From Rhynchopus sp. YZ270_cl-10 (Eukaryota): a stretch of DNA of 64,000 bases. The stretch lies in contig OZ037838.1 in the NCBI GenBank assembly GCA_964035575.1, positions 682,001 through 746,000 on the forward strand. The letters are read 5' to 3'. Of this stretch, positions 22,541-35,048 are shown in pieces. The translations under genes and the position numbers were made by a program. How positions within the stretch are numbered: the stretch's first letter is position 1; each line of letters begins with the position of its first letter. The notes under the pieces are model-generated. The model was not told the DNA's origin, searched no databases, and saw only the letters and a program-made list of their open reading frames with translations.

Positions 22541-25500
22541 AACGCGTTCGTCTGCAAAAACCCACGCTTTCGAACGCAACACGTTCTTCTGCGAAAACCC
22601 ACTCTTTCCAAAGCAACGCGTTCATCTGAAAAAACCAACGCTTTCGAAAGCAACGCGTTCTTCCGCAAAAACCCACGCTTTCGAACGCAACACTTTCTTC
22701 TGCGAAAACCCACGCTTTCGAACGCAACGCGTTCTTCTGCAAAAACCCCCGCTTTCTAACGCAACGACTTCTTCTTCAAAAACCCCCGCTTTCTAACGCA
22801 ACGCGTTCTTCTGCAAAAACCCCCGCTTTCTAACGCAACGACTTCTTCTGCAAAAGCCCACGCTTTCGAACGCAACGCGTTCTTCTGCAAAAACCCACGC
22901 TTTCGAACGCAACGCGTTCTTCTGCAAAAACCCCCGCTTTCTAACGCAACGACTTCTTCTGCAAAAACCCCCGCTTTCTAACGCAACGACTTCTTCTGCA
23001 AAAACCCACGCTTTCGAAAGCAACGCGTTCTTCTGCAAAAACCCACGCTTTCGAACGCAACACTTTCTTCTGCGAAAACCCACGCTTTCGAACGCAACGC
23101 GTTCTTCTGCAAAAACCCCCGCTTTCTAACGCAACGACTTCTTCTGCAAAAACCCCCGCTTTCTAACGCAACGCGTTCTTCTGCAAAAACCCCCGCTTTC
23201 TAACGCAACGACTTCTTCTGCAAAAACCCACGCTTTCGAAAGCAACGCGTTCTTCTGCGAAAACCCACGCTTTCGAAAGCAACGCGTTCTTCTGCAAAAA
23301 CCCACGCTTTCGAAAGCAACGCGTTCTTCTGCGAAAACCCACGCTTTCGAAAGCAACGCGTTCTTCTGCAAAAACCCACGCTTTCGAAAGCAACGCGTTC
23401 TTCTGCGAAAACCCACGCTTTCGAAAGCAACGCGTTCTTCTGCAAAAACCCACGCTTTCGAAAGCAACGCGTTCTTTTGCGAAAACCCACGCTTTCGAAC
23501 GCAACACTTTCTTCTGCGAAAACCCACGCTTTCGAACGCAACGCGTTCTTCTGCAAAAACCCCCGCTTTCTAACGCAACGACTTCTTCTTCAAAAACCCC
23601 CGCTTTCTAACGCAACGCGTTCTTCTGCAAAAACCCCCGCTTTCTAACGCAACGACTTCTTCTGCAAAAACCCACGCTTTCGAAAGCAACGCGTTCTTCT
23701 GCGAAAACCCACGCTTTCGAAAGCAACGCGTTCTTCTGCAAAAACCCACGCTTTCGAAAGCAACGCGTTCTTTTGCGAAAACCCACGCTTTCGAACGCAA
23801 CGCGTTCTTCTGCAAAAGCCCACGCTTTCGAAAGCAACGCGTTCTTCTGCAAAAACCCACGCTTTCGAAAGCAACGCGTTCTTCTGCAAAAACCCACGCT
23901 TTCGAAAGCAACGCGTTCTTCTGCGAAAACCCACGCTTTCGAACGCAACGCGTTCTTCTGCAAAAACCCACGCTTTCGAAAGCAACGCGTTCTTCTGCGA
24001 AAACCCACGCTTTCGAACGCAACGCGTTCTTCTGCAAAAGCCCACGCTTTCGAACGCAACGCGTTCTTCTGGGAAAACCCACGCTTTCGAACGCAACGCG
24101 TTCTTCTGCAAAAGCCCACGCTTTCGAAAGCAACGCGTTCTTCTGCGAAAACCCACGCTTTCGAACGCAACGCGTTCTTCTGCAAAACCCACGCTTTCGA
24201 ACGCAACGCGTTCTTCTGCGAAAACCCACGCTTTCGAACGCAACGCGTTCTTCTGCAAAACCCACGCTTTCGAACGCAACGCGTTCTTCTGCAAAAACCC
24301 ACGCTTTCGAAAGCAACGCGTTCTTCTGCGAAAACCCACGCTTTCGAACGCAACGCGTTCTTCTACAAAACCCACGCTTTCGAACGCAACGCGTTCTTCC
24401 GCAAAACCCACGCTTTCGAAAGCAACGCGTTCTTCTGCAAAACCCACGCTTTCGAAAGCAACGCGTTCTTCTGCGAAAACCCACGCTTTCGAAAGCAACG
24501 CGTTCTTCTGCGAAAACCCACGCTTTCGAACGCAACGCGTTCTTCTGCAAAACCCACGCTTTCGAAAGCAACGCGTTCTTCTGCAAAACCCACGCTTTCG
24601 AAAGCAACGCGTTCTTCTGCGAAAACCCACGCTTTCGAAAGCAACGCGTTCTTCTGCGAAAACCCACGCTTTCGAACGCAACGCGTTCTTCTGCAAAAGC
24701 CCACGATTTCGAACGCAACGCGTTCTTCTACAAAAGCCCACGCTTTCGAACGCAACGCGTTCTTCTGCAAAAGCCCACGCTTTCGAACGCAACGCGTTCT
24801 TCTGCGAAAACCCACGCTTTCGAACGCAACGCGTTCTTCTGCGAAAACCCACGCTTTCGAACGCAACGCGTTCTTCTGCAAAAGCCCACGCTTTCGAACG
24901 CAACGCGTTCTTCCGCAAAACCCACGCTTTCGAAAGCAACGCGTTCTTCTGCAAAACCCACGCTTTCGAAAGCAACGCGTTCTTCTGCAAAACCCACGCT
25001 TTCGAAAGCAACGCGTTCTTCTGCGAAAACCCACGCTTTCGAAAGCAACGCGTTCTTCTGCAAAACCCACGCTTTCGAAAGCAACGCGTTCTTCTGCAAA
25101 ACCCACGCTTTCGAAAGCAACGCGTTCTTCTGCGAAAACCCACGCTTTCGAAAGCAACGCGTTCTTCTGCGAAAACCCACGCTTTCGAACGCAACGCGTT
25201 CTTCTGCGAAAACCCACGCTTTCGAACGCAACGCGTTCTTCTGCAAAAACCCACGCTTTCGAAAGCAACGCGTTCTTCTGCGAAAACCCACGCTTTCGAA
25301 CGCAACGCGTTCTTCTGCAAAACCCACGCTTTCGAAAGCAACGCGTTCTTCTGCAAAAACCCACGCTTTCGAACGCAACGCGTTCTTCTGCGAAAACCCA
25401 CGCTTTCGAAAGCAACGCGTTCTTCTGCGAAAACCCACGCTTTCGAACGCAACGCGTTCTTCTGCAAAAACCCACGCTTTCGAACGCAACGCGTTCTTCT

Positions 25501-27559
25501 GCAAAAACCCACGCTTTCGAACGCAACGCGTTCTTCTGCGAAAACCCACGCTTTCGAAAGCAACGCGTTCTTCTGCGAAAACCCACGCTTTCGAACGCAA
25601 CGCGTTCATCTGCAAAAGCCCACGCTTTCGAACGCAACGCGTTCTTCTGCGAAAACCCACGCTTTCGAAAGCAACGCGTTCTTCTGCGAAAAGGCACGCT
25701 TTCGAACGCAACGCGTTCTTCTGCAAAACCCACGCTTTCGAAAGCAACGCGTTCTTCTGCGAAAACCCACTCTTGCGAACGCAACGCGTTCTTCTGCAAA
25801 AACCCACGCTTTCGAACGCAACGCGTTCTTCTGCGAAAACCCACGCTTTCGAAAGCAACGCGTTCTTCTGCGAAAACCCACGCTTTCGAACGCAACGCGT
25901 TCTTCTGCAAAACCCACGCTTTCGAAAGCAACGCGTTCTTCTGCAAAAACCCACGCTTTCGAACGCAACGCGTTCTTCTGCGAAAGCCCACGCTTTCGAA
26001 AGCAACGCGTTTTTCTGCGAAAACCCACGCTTTCGAACGCAACGCGTTCTTCTGCGAAAACCCACGCTTTCGAACGCAACGCGTTCTTCTGCAAAACCCA
26101 CGCTTTCGAAAGCAACGCGTTCTTCTACAAAAACCCACGCTTTCGAAAGCAACGCGTTCTTCTGCAAAACCCACGCTTTCGAAAGCAACGCGTTCTTCTG
26201 CGAAAACCCACGCTTTCGAACGCAACGCTTTCTTCTGCGAAAACCCACGCTTTCGAACGCAACGCTTTCTTCTGCGAAAACCCACGCTTTCGAACGCAAC
26301 GCGTTCTTCTGCAAAACCCACGCTTTCGAACGCAACGCGTTCTTTTGCAAAAGCCCACGCTTTCGAACGCAACGCGTTCTTCTGCGAAAACCCACGCTTT
26401 CGAACGCAACGCGTTCTTCTGCGAAAACCCACGCTTTCGAACGCAACGCGTTCTTCTGCAAAAGCCCACGCTTTCGAACGCAACGCGTTCTTCTGCAAAA
26501 GCCCACGCTTTCGAACGCAACGCGTTCTTCTGCAAAAGCCCACGCTTTCGAACGCAACGCGTTCTTCTGCGAAAACCCACGCTTTCGAACGCAACGCGTT
26601 CTTCTGCGAAAACCCACTCTTTCGAAAGCAACGCGTTCTTCTGCAAAACCCACGCTTTCGAAAGCAACGCGTTCTTCTGCGAAAACCCACTCTTGCGAAC
26701 GCAACGCGTTCTTCTGCAAAAACCCACGCTTTCGAACGCAACGCGTTCTTCTGCGAAAACCCACGCTTTCGAACGCAACGCGTTCTTCTGCGAAAACCCA
26801 CGCTTTCGAACGCAACGCGTTCTTCTGCAAAAGCCCACGCTTTCGAACGCAACGCGTTCTTCTGCAAAAGCCCACGCTTTCGAACGCAACGCGTTCTTCT
26901 GCAAAAGCCCACGCTTTCGAACGCAACGCGTTCTTCTGCGAAAACCCACGCTTTCGAACGCAACGCGTTCTTCTGCGAAAACCCACTCTTTCGAAAGCAA
27001 CGCGTTCTTCTGCGAAAACCCACGCTTTCGAACGCAACGCGTTCTTCTGCAAAAGCCCACGCTTTCGAACGCAACGCGTTCTTCTGCAAAAACCCACGCT
27101 TTCGAACGCAACGCGTTCTTCTGCAAAAACCCACGCTTTCGAAAGCAACGCGTTCTTCTGCGAAAACCCACGCTTTCGAACGCAACGCGTTCTTCTGCAA
27201 AAACCCACGCTTTCGAACGCAACGCGTTCTTCTGCAAAAACCCACGCTTTCGAAAGCAACGCGTTCTTCTGCGAAAACCCACGCTTTCGAACGCAACGCG
27301 TTCTTCTGCAAAAGCCCACGCTTTCGAACGCAACGCGTTCACCTGCAAAAGCCCACGCTTTCGAACGCAACGCGTTCTTCTGGGAAAACCCACGCTTTCG
27401 AACGCAACGCGTTCTTTTGCGAAAACCCACGCTTTCGAACGCAACGCGTTCTTCTGCGAAAACCCACGCTTTCGAACGCAACGCGTTCTTTTGCGAAAAC
27501 CCACGCTTTCGAACGCAACGCGTTCACCTGCAAAAGCCCACGCTTTCGAACGCAACGCG
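22541..27559 (+). repeat. 37-bp satellite, block 1 (consensus gcgttcttctgcaaaaacccacgctttcgaacgcaac)
   Basis: About 135 tandem 36-37-bp units with a degenerate left edge. Confidence 0.99.
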
Positions 27560-30500
27560 TTTTTTTTTTTTTTTTTTTTTTCTCTTTGGCCTTTAGTGGT
27601 CTTTTTATTGCGATAGGTTAGTACACAATGAACAAAAAGCAAGGTGGGCGCACCACTCAAACAAAATGAACAGAACACAAAAGGTGGGCACGGCCCAGGG
27701 TATCTCATTACACCTCCCCTGACGTTGGTCTCCTGCTTGCTTGAGAGGCCGGGGAATCACTTTGGAGTCAAACAACTCGTACGCGAGGATACCTCCCCTA
27801 AAACTGGAAAATACAAATGGAGTGGTGCGCGCAGTAATGTAAGCGGTGTCGTGGCGTGCTTAGCCAAAGGTATACGCTTAAAAGTCACTCAAAAAAAAAA
27901 AAAAAAAAAATAAAAGGGAATATGCATTGTGTAAGTATAACTAGTGTGTATTTATATGGGGCGGTGTGGAAAGTGAAACGTAAGGCAGCAAATAGGGTAC
28001 ACACAGCTCGCCCCCATCACACGCTTTCCCCCTTTCATATCCCAAGATAGCACCCAGGGCGCAATCGATTTTAACATCAACAAAATGCAGTGACTGGTGT
28101 GTTTGTGTGTCTTTAGGGGCGAGGGGGCGGGCAGAGTGAGAGGCAGGCATCTGTGGCAGTCGCAAACCCCCAGCAGGTGCCCTGATCTCTTAGGTAGGTT
28201 TGTGTTGTGGCGGCGTACACGATTTGCCCTTGTTGTGGTGTTGGTGGCGTTCTTTTGGGGCATGTGGCTCGTGTTATTACCTATGAGACTCGGACACCCA
28301 GCAGAGGCGCAACTTCCACTTCAGGTACCCATCGCTCTCCCCACCCCTCCTCCCCTTGTCGTCGCATTTGCCTGTGCCGCAATCGGGTGTGCTTAGGGTA
28401 CTACATCGGGCCACGGGCAGGGGCTGAGTCTGGGGGTTGTCGTGGCAGAAAAATAAGCTAGTGAGTAGGGCACGAGTAGTACGTTCCCACATTGCGTAAC
28501 GTATCTTACTTGCATATGGGGATAAGGGGGGTTAAATGGTAGTACAGGTGGCTCGCATCGGGGGTGTCGCTACGCACCCGTCTACTTTACAGTGACTGCT
28601 GCCGAAAATAAAAAGGTGGGAGGTTACAGGGGCGCGGTACCCACTGGCGCCTCCCCGCAAGGTGTTGATAGCGACAGGTTGTTTCAGTTTGCAATTGCGA
28701 AAAAAAAAAAAATATTTTAAAATAAAACATTTTTTTTTTTTAAAAATTAAAATTTGTGTTATTAAAGTTTTGTTTTGTTACAAATTGTAGAAGTGTGTGT
28801 CACTACCCGTGGGGGGGAAGTTTGGGGCTACTGCGGTTGACATAGTGTCCCATAAGAGTGTGCTGTTGTTTTCGCTAGTAGCGTACCTGGTGGAGCATGC
28901 AAGGTGGCCTAGTAGACTCCTACGCAGCTTCACCGGCACGTGTGTATTGTGTAAAGGGGGAAGGGTGAGGTGGGGGTATTAAATAGGGGAGTTGGGGAAT
29001 TTGGGATTTTGGTGGGCGGGAAGAACGTCCGTATGGTAAGACGCGCCGCACGCCTCTTTGGGCACATGTAGTGTTTGTGTGTGCATGTGCTTGCATGTTT
29101 AGTCATAAGGGGGGTTTTGATGGTTGTGTTGGTAGCTCGCATCGGGGGTGTCGCTACGCACCCTTTCACCTAACAGTAATTGCTGCCGTAAAAGAAAAAT
29201 AAATGATAAATGAAAAAGAGGAGGTTACCAGAGCGCGGTAGACACTGGCGCCTCCCCTCGAGGTGTTTGGTTGCGACAGAAAAGGTTACATTTTGCATTT
29301 TAAAAGTATCAAAAGAGGATAAGGTGTGAGCAGTTAAAGTAAAGGTGTGGGTCACTACCCTTTGAAGGGGAACAATGGGGTAACTGCAGCGCGGTAGTCG
29401 CTGGTGACCCTCAAGATTGTGTTGTTGTTTTGACAGGCAGCGTAATCGGTGGAAAATGCAAGGTGGCCGGGTAGACCCCTAAGCAGCTTCACCGGCACGT
29501 GCGTATTGTGTAAAGGGGGAAGGGTGTGTTGGCGGTATTAAATAGGGGGGAATTGGGGCACGGGAAGAGCATTCGTAGGGTAGATGTGTGGTACACCTCC
29601 GTCCGCACATGTATAGTTTACTTTAATTGATTAATGTACAGTCAGATGCTCCTAATCTACTTGTGTTTAACGACTGTTGACCTCCAAAAGAGCGGTAAAT
29701 ACATTGTGCTGTGGTACAGAGAGTGTAGGGAGTGGCGGCATAAAAAGGGGATAACTAGGTGCATAAAGAAGCGTCCGCTGGGTAAAATGTGGAGTACGCC
29801 TCTCTGGGCGTACTTCGAGTGCGGAGGGACCTGGGGCTTCAATAGCGAGAGAGAATTATGCATCAGGGATTTCTACGGTGTGAGAAGTGTGGTAGAGATG
29901 TGGAAAAATGGGTAGGGGGAACGCTGAATGAGCGAACGAAAGGCTTTTGATTGGGTAACATGTGGGGAAAGACAGCAGAAAAGCAACAAAATACCCGTTG
30001 TAAATAGGGGGACATGAATAACACGCTTGTTGTCAGGGGCTAGCAGCGCGACGTAAGTCGTACTGCAGCCTATGACACAAGATTAAACACAGAACATAAT
30101 AATATTAATCAACAACAACTCAGTCACGACTAACTACCGTTACGGAGGTACTCCTCAAGCGGGCCAGGCAGGAAACTCTCGCTGACGAGGTACTTCAGGG
30201 CGGTCGCCGGCTCTCGCATGAGGAGGGTATGGAGGTCCGGGAGGCTTTCGCTACACGTTTGTCGGCAGGAGAAGAACAGGTGCTTCAGGGTGCAGGGCTT
30301 GTCGCATCGCAGGCATGTGGCAGTGTTCGACGAGGTGCGGAAGTCGAACGTTAGCTGGTTGCTGCCAGCTCGGAGGCTGCGGATGGTGGTTTCCCCCCTG
30401 CGGGTGAGGTCCGTGCAGTGGACGGGAGGTTGCAGCACCGCTACGTCCGCTCCGGCCTTCCTGGCGTACACCGTGTTCGTGCCGGGCTGCTCGACGGAAG

Positions 30501-31362
30501 GGGTGTTCGCCAGGTGACGTCTCGCACATGATCTGGCGGCAGAGAAGGACAGGCCAGGGCTCTGCACCATCTTGGTGCCTTCTGCGGCCGCAGCGTCAGC
30601 AGCATCATTGCCCAGGACCTGCACATGCGAGGGGACGTAGTGCAGTATTAGGTTTATGTTGTTGCCGGCAAGCCGGTGTAGTCCTTTCCAGAGTTTGTGT
30701 TCGAAGTCCTCTCTGGCCTTCTTGGGACCGCTCTCTAGCGCACGCAGGGACGATTGCGAGTCTGTGAGGATGGCGCAGGTGGCCCCAGGGGTTGCTTTGT
30801 CAAAGAGAAGGTCAATGGAGTGGCCTATGGCGATCATTTCGGCTTGAAAGCTGCTTGCGCCGGTGCCGGCCCCGTAGGAGAAGGAGCAGTTGGGTTCTCG
30901 CATCTCGGGGAGCTTGTACAGCACTACCCCAGCACCCCCGCTTTTGCCCTGGACAGAGCCGTCGGTGTAGGCGTGCCATTCGCAGGGGGGAAGGCGTTGG
31001 AGGGCCTCCTCTGTGAGGAGCAGGAATTTTTCGTCATCTGGCTCAGGGTCGGAGCGGCGTATCCCAGGTATCGTGGCGGTGATACTTAGGCGGGGCAGTA
31101 CGTCACTCCAATACCACGGGTCTACAGGCAGGTGACGCTGCATATCTGCCATATGCACCCCAGGTCTGCGGAACTCCTTGTGTGCCTCGGAGGAGAGTCG
31201 CTGGGCGGCGGAGAGCCAGTTGTTGAGCGTGAGGGAGGCGGAGGTGTAGCCGCAGGCCGCTTTCCCTGGCGTGTCGGTGTGACGCCGAAACAACTCGAAC
31301 GCAGTTACGGCGTCCAATCGCATCAGGTCCACTATCGGGGTCAGGCGTGCCTCCCACAGCAA
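27560..31362 (-). mobile_element. 5'-truncated ingi/I-group-like non-LTR retrotransposon, long copy A (3.8 kb)
   Basis: Poly(A) tail (T22 on +), ~2.55-kb 3' UTR, and an RNase H + CCHC ORF end. The 5' junction is with satellite. Confidence 0.9.
30130..31362 (-). CDS. C-terminal ~410 aa of retrotransposon ORF: post-RT tether, RNase HI, C-x2-C-x7-H-x4-C knuckle (5'-truncated)
   Basis: Motifs YTDGS, SSFQAE, TDSQS, YVPSH, GNDAAD and CLRCDKPCTLKHLFFSC. The N-terminal part of the called ORF is translated satellite. Confidence 0.92.
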   Translation of the reverse strand: MLWEARLTPIVDLMRLDAVTAFELFRRHTDTPGKAACGYTSASLTLNNWLSAAQRLSSEAHKEFRRPGVHMADMQRHLPVDPWYWSDVLPRLSITATIPGIRRSDPEPDDEKFLLLTEEALQRLPPCEWHAYTDGSVQGKSGGAGVVLYKLPEMREPNCSFSYGAGTGASSFQAEMIAIGHSIDLLFDKATPGATCAILTDSQSSLRALESGPKKAREDFEHKLWKGLHRLAGNNINLILHYVPSHVQVLGNDAADAAAAEGTKMVQSPGLSFSAARSCARRHLANTPSVEQPGTNTVYARKAGADVAVLQPPVHCTDLTRRGETTIRSLRAGSNQLTFDFRTSSNTATCLRCDKPCTLKHLFFSCRQTCSESLPDLHTLLMREPATALKYLVSESFLPGPLEEYLRNGS

Positions 31363-33985
31363 GTTCTTCTGCAAAAACCCACGCTTTCGAACGCAACGCG
31401 TTCTTCTGCGAAAACCCACGCTTTCGAACGCAACGCGTTCTTCTGGGAAAACCCACGCTTTCGAACGCAACGCGTTCTTCTGGGAAAACCCACGCTTTCG
31501 AACGCAACGCGTTCTTCTGGGAAAACCCACGCTTTCGAACGCAACGCGTTCTTCTGCGAAAACCCACGCTTTCGAACGCAACGCGTTCTTCTGGGAAAAC
31601 CCACGCTTTCAAAAGCAACGCGTTCTTCTGCAAAAACCCACGCTTTCGAACGCAACGCGTTCTTCTGCGAAAACCCACGCTTTCGAAAGCAACGCGTTCT
31701 TCTGCAAAAACCCACGCTTTCGAACGCAACGCGTTCTTCTGCGAAAACCCACGCTTTCGAAAGCAACGCTTTCTTCTGCGAAAACCCACGCTTTCGAAAG
31801 CAACGCGTTCTTCTGCAAAAACCCACGCTTTCGAAAGCAACGCTTTCTTCTGCGAAAACCCACGCTTTCGAAAGCAACGCGTTCTTCTGCGAAAACCCAC
31901 GCTTTCGAACGCAACGCGTTCTTCTGCAAAAACCCACGCTTTCGAACGCAACGCGTTCTTCTGCGAAAACCCACGCTTTCGAAAGCAACGCTTTCTTCTG
32001 CGAAAACCCACGCTTTCGAAAGCAACGCGTTCTTCTGCAAAAACCCACGCTTTCGAACGCAACGCGTTCTTCTGCGAAAACCCACGCTTTCGAAAGCAAC
32101 GCTTTCTTCTGCGAAAACCCACGCTTTCGAAAGCAACGCGTTCTTCTGCAAAAACCCACGCTTTCGAACGCAACGCGTTCTTCTGCGAAAACCCACGCTT
32201 TCGAAAGCAACGCGTTCTTCTGCGAAAACCCACGCTTTCGAACGCAACGCGTTCTTCTGCAAAAACCCACGCTTTCGAACGCAACGCGTTCTTCTGCGAA
32301 AACCCACGCTTTCGAACGCAACGCGTTCTTCTGCAAAAGCCCACGATTTCGAACGCAACGCGTTCTTCTGCGAAAACCCACGCTTTCGAAAGCAACGCGT
32401 TCTTCTGCAAAAACCCACGCTTTCGAAAGCAACGCTTTCTTCTGCGAAAACCCACGCTTTCGAAAGCAACGCGTTCTTCTGCAAAAACCCACGCTTTCGA
32501 ACGCAACGCGTTCTTCTGCGAAAACCCACGCTTTCGAAAGCAACGCTTTCTTCTGCGAAAACCCACGCTTTCGAAAGCAACGCGTTCTTCTGCAAAAACC
32601 CACGCTTTCGAAAGCAACGCGATCTTCTGCAAAAACCCACGCTTTCGAACGCAACGCGTTCTTCTGCAAAACCCACGCTTTCGAAAGCAACGCGTTCTTC
32701 TGAAAAAACCCACGCTTTCGAACGCAACGCGTTCTTCTGCGAAAACCCACGCTTTCGAACGCAACGCGTTCTTCTGCAAAACCCACGCTTTCGAACGCAA
32801 CGCGTTCTTCTGCAAAACCCACGCTTTCGAAAGCAACGCGTTCTTCTGGGAAAACCCACGCTTTCGAACGCAACGCGTTCTTCTGCGAAAACCCACGCTT
32901 TCGAACGCAACGCGTTCTTCTGCAAAAGCCCACGCTTTCGAACGCAACGCGTTCTTCTGCAAAACCCACGCTTTCGAACGCAACGCGTTCATCTGCAAAA
33001 GCCCACGCTTTCGAACGCAACGCGTTCTTCTGCAAAAACCCACGCTTGCGTACGCAACGCGTTCTTCTGCGAAAACCCACGCTTTCGAAAGCAACGCGTT
33101 CTTCTGCGAAAACCCACGCTTTCGAAAGCAACGCGTTCTTCTGCAAAAACCCACGCTTTCGAACGCAACGCGTTCTTCTGCGAAAACCCACGCTTTCGAA
33201 AGCAACGCGTTCTTCTGCGAAAACCCACGCTTTCGAACGCAACGCGTTCTTCTGCAAAAACCCACGCTTTCGAACGCAACGCGTTCTTCTGCAAAAGCCC
33301 ACGCTTTCGAACGCAACGCGTTCTTCTGCAAAAGCCCACGCTTTCGAACGCAACGCGTTCATCTGCAAAAGCCCACGCTTTCGAACGCAACGCGTTCTTC
33401 TGCAAAAGCCCACGCTTTCGAACGCAACGCGTTCATCTGCAAAAGCCCACGCTTTCGAACGCAACGCGTTCTTCTGCAAAAACCCACGCTTTCGTACGCA
33501 ACGCGTTCTTCTGCGAAAACCCACGCTTTCGAAGGCAACGCGTTCTTCTGCGAAAACCCACGCTTTCGAACGCAACGCGTTCTTCTGCAAAAACCCACGC
33601 TTTCGAAAGCAACGCGTTCTTCTGCGAAAACCCACGCTTTCGAAGGCAACGCGTTCTTCTGCAAAAACCCACGCTTTCGAACGCAACGCGTTCTTCTGCA
33701 AAAACCCACGCTTTCGAACGCAACGCGTTCTTCTGCGAAAACCCACGCTTTCGAACGCAACGCGTTCTTCTGCAAAAACCCACGCTTTCGAACGCAACGC
33801 GTTCTTCTGCAAAAGCCCACGCTTTCGAACGCAACGCGTTCTTCCGCAAAACCCACGCTTTCGAACGCAACGCTTTCTTCTGCGAAAACCCACGCTTTCG
33901 AACGCAACGCTTTCTTCTGCGAAAACCCACGCTTTCGAACGCAACGCGTTCTTCTGCGAAAACCCACGCTTTCGAACGCAACGCG
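31363..33985 (+). repeat. 37-bp satellite, block 2
   Basis: Tandem units. Confidence 0.99.
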
Positions 33986-34406
33986 TTTTTTTTTTTTTTT
34001 TTTTTTTCTCTTTGGCCTTTAGTGGTCTTTTTATTGCGATAGGTTAGTACACAATGAACAAAAAGCAAGGTGGGCGCACCACTCAAACAAAATGAACAGA
34101 ACACAAAAGGTGGGCACTGCCCAGGGTATCTCATTACACCTCCCCTGACGTTGGTCTCCTGCTTGCTTGAGAGGCCGGGGAATCACTTTGGAGTCAAACA
34201 ACTCGTACGCGAGGATACCTCCCCTAAAACTGGAAAATACAAATGGAGTGGTGCGCGCAGTAATGTAAGCGGTGTCGTGGCGTGCTTAGCCAAAGGTATA
34301 CGCTTAAAAGTCACTCAAAAAAAAAAAAAAAAAAAATAAAAGGGAATATGCATTGTGTAAGTATAACTAGTGTGTATTTATATGGGGCGGTGTGGAAAGT
34401 GAAACG
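33986..34406 (-). mobile_element. retrotransposon 3' stub B (421 bp)
   Basis: T tract followed by ctctttggcctttagtgg..., ending at gaaacg. Confidence 0.9.
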
Positions 34407-35048
34407 TTTTTTTTTTTTTTTTTTTTTTTCTCTTTGGCCTTTAGTGGTCTTTTTATTGCGATAGGTTAGTACACAATGAACAAAAAGCAAGGTGGGCGCA
34501 CCACTCAAACAAAATGAACAGAACACAAAAGGTGGGCACTGCCCAGGGTATCTCATTACACCTCCCCTGACGTTGGTCTCCTGCTTGCTTGAGAGGCCGG
34601 GGAATCACTTTGGAGTCAAACAACTCGTACGCGAGGATACCTCCCCTAAAACTGGGAAATACAAATGGAGTGGTGCGCGCAGTAATGTAAGCGGTGTCGT
34701 GGCGTGCTTAGCCAAAGGTATACGCTTAAAAGTCACTCAAAAAAAAAAAAAAAAAAAAAAAAAATAAAAGGGAATATGCATTGTGTAAGTATAACTAGTG
34801 TGTATTTATATGGGGCGGTGTGGAAAGTGAAACGTAAGGCAGCAAATAGGGTACACACAGCTCGCCCCCATCACACGCTTTCCCCCTTTCATATCCCAAG
34901 ATAGCACCCAGGGCGCAATCGATTTTAACATCAACAAAATGCAGTGACTGGTGTGTTTGTGTGTCTTTAGGGGCGAGGGGGCGGGCAGAGTGAGAGGCAG
35001 GCATCTGTGGCAGTCGCAAACCCCCACCAGGAGCCCTGATCTCTTAGG
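34407..35048 (-). mobile_element. retrotransposon 3' stub C (~640 bp), head-to-tail with B
   Basis: T tract plus UTR, ending tctcttagg|gcgttcttctgc. Confidence 0.9.

Noticed and set aside
22541..27559. CENP-B box in the monomer (ttcgaaagcgtggg on the minus strand)
   Set aside because: It lacks the required A and CGGG positions, so the resemblance is only partial.
28630..28680. HDV-like ribozyme core (gcc-tccccgcaa-ggt)
   Set aside because: No matching P1/P2 strands were found by eye. Ingi ribozymes lie at the 5' end, which is missing here.
28797..28982. Small CxxC ORF in the UTR duplication
   Set aside because: The paralogous unit has stops in the same frame, and most differences are non-synonymous.
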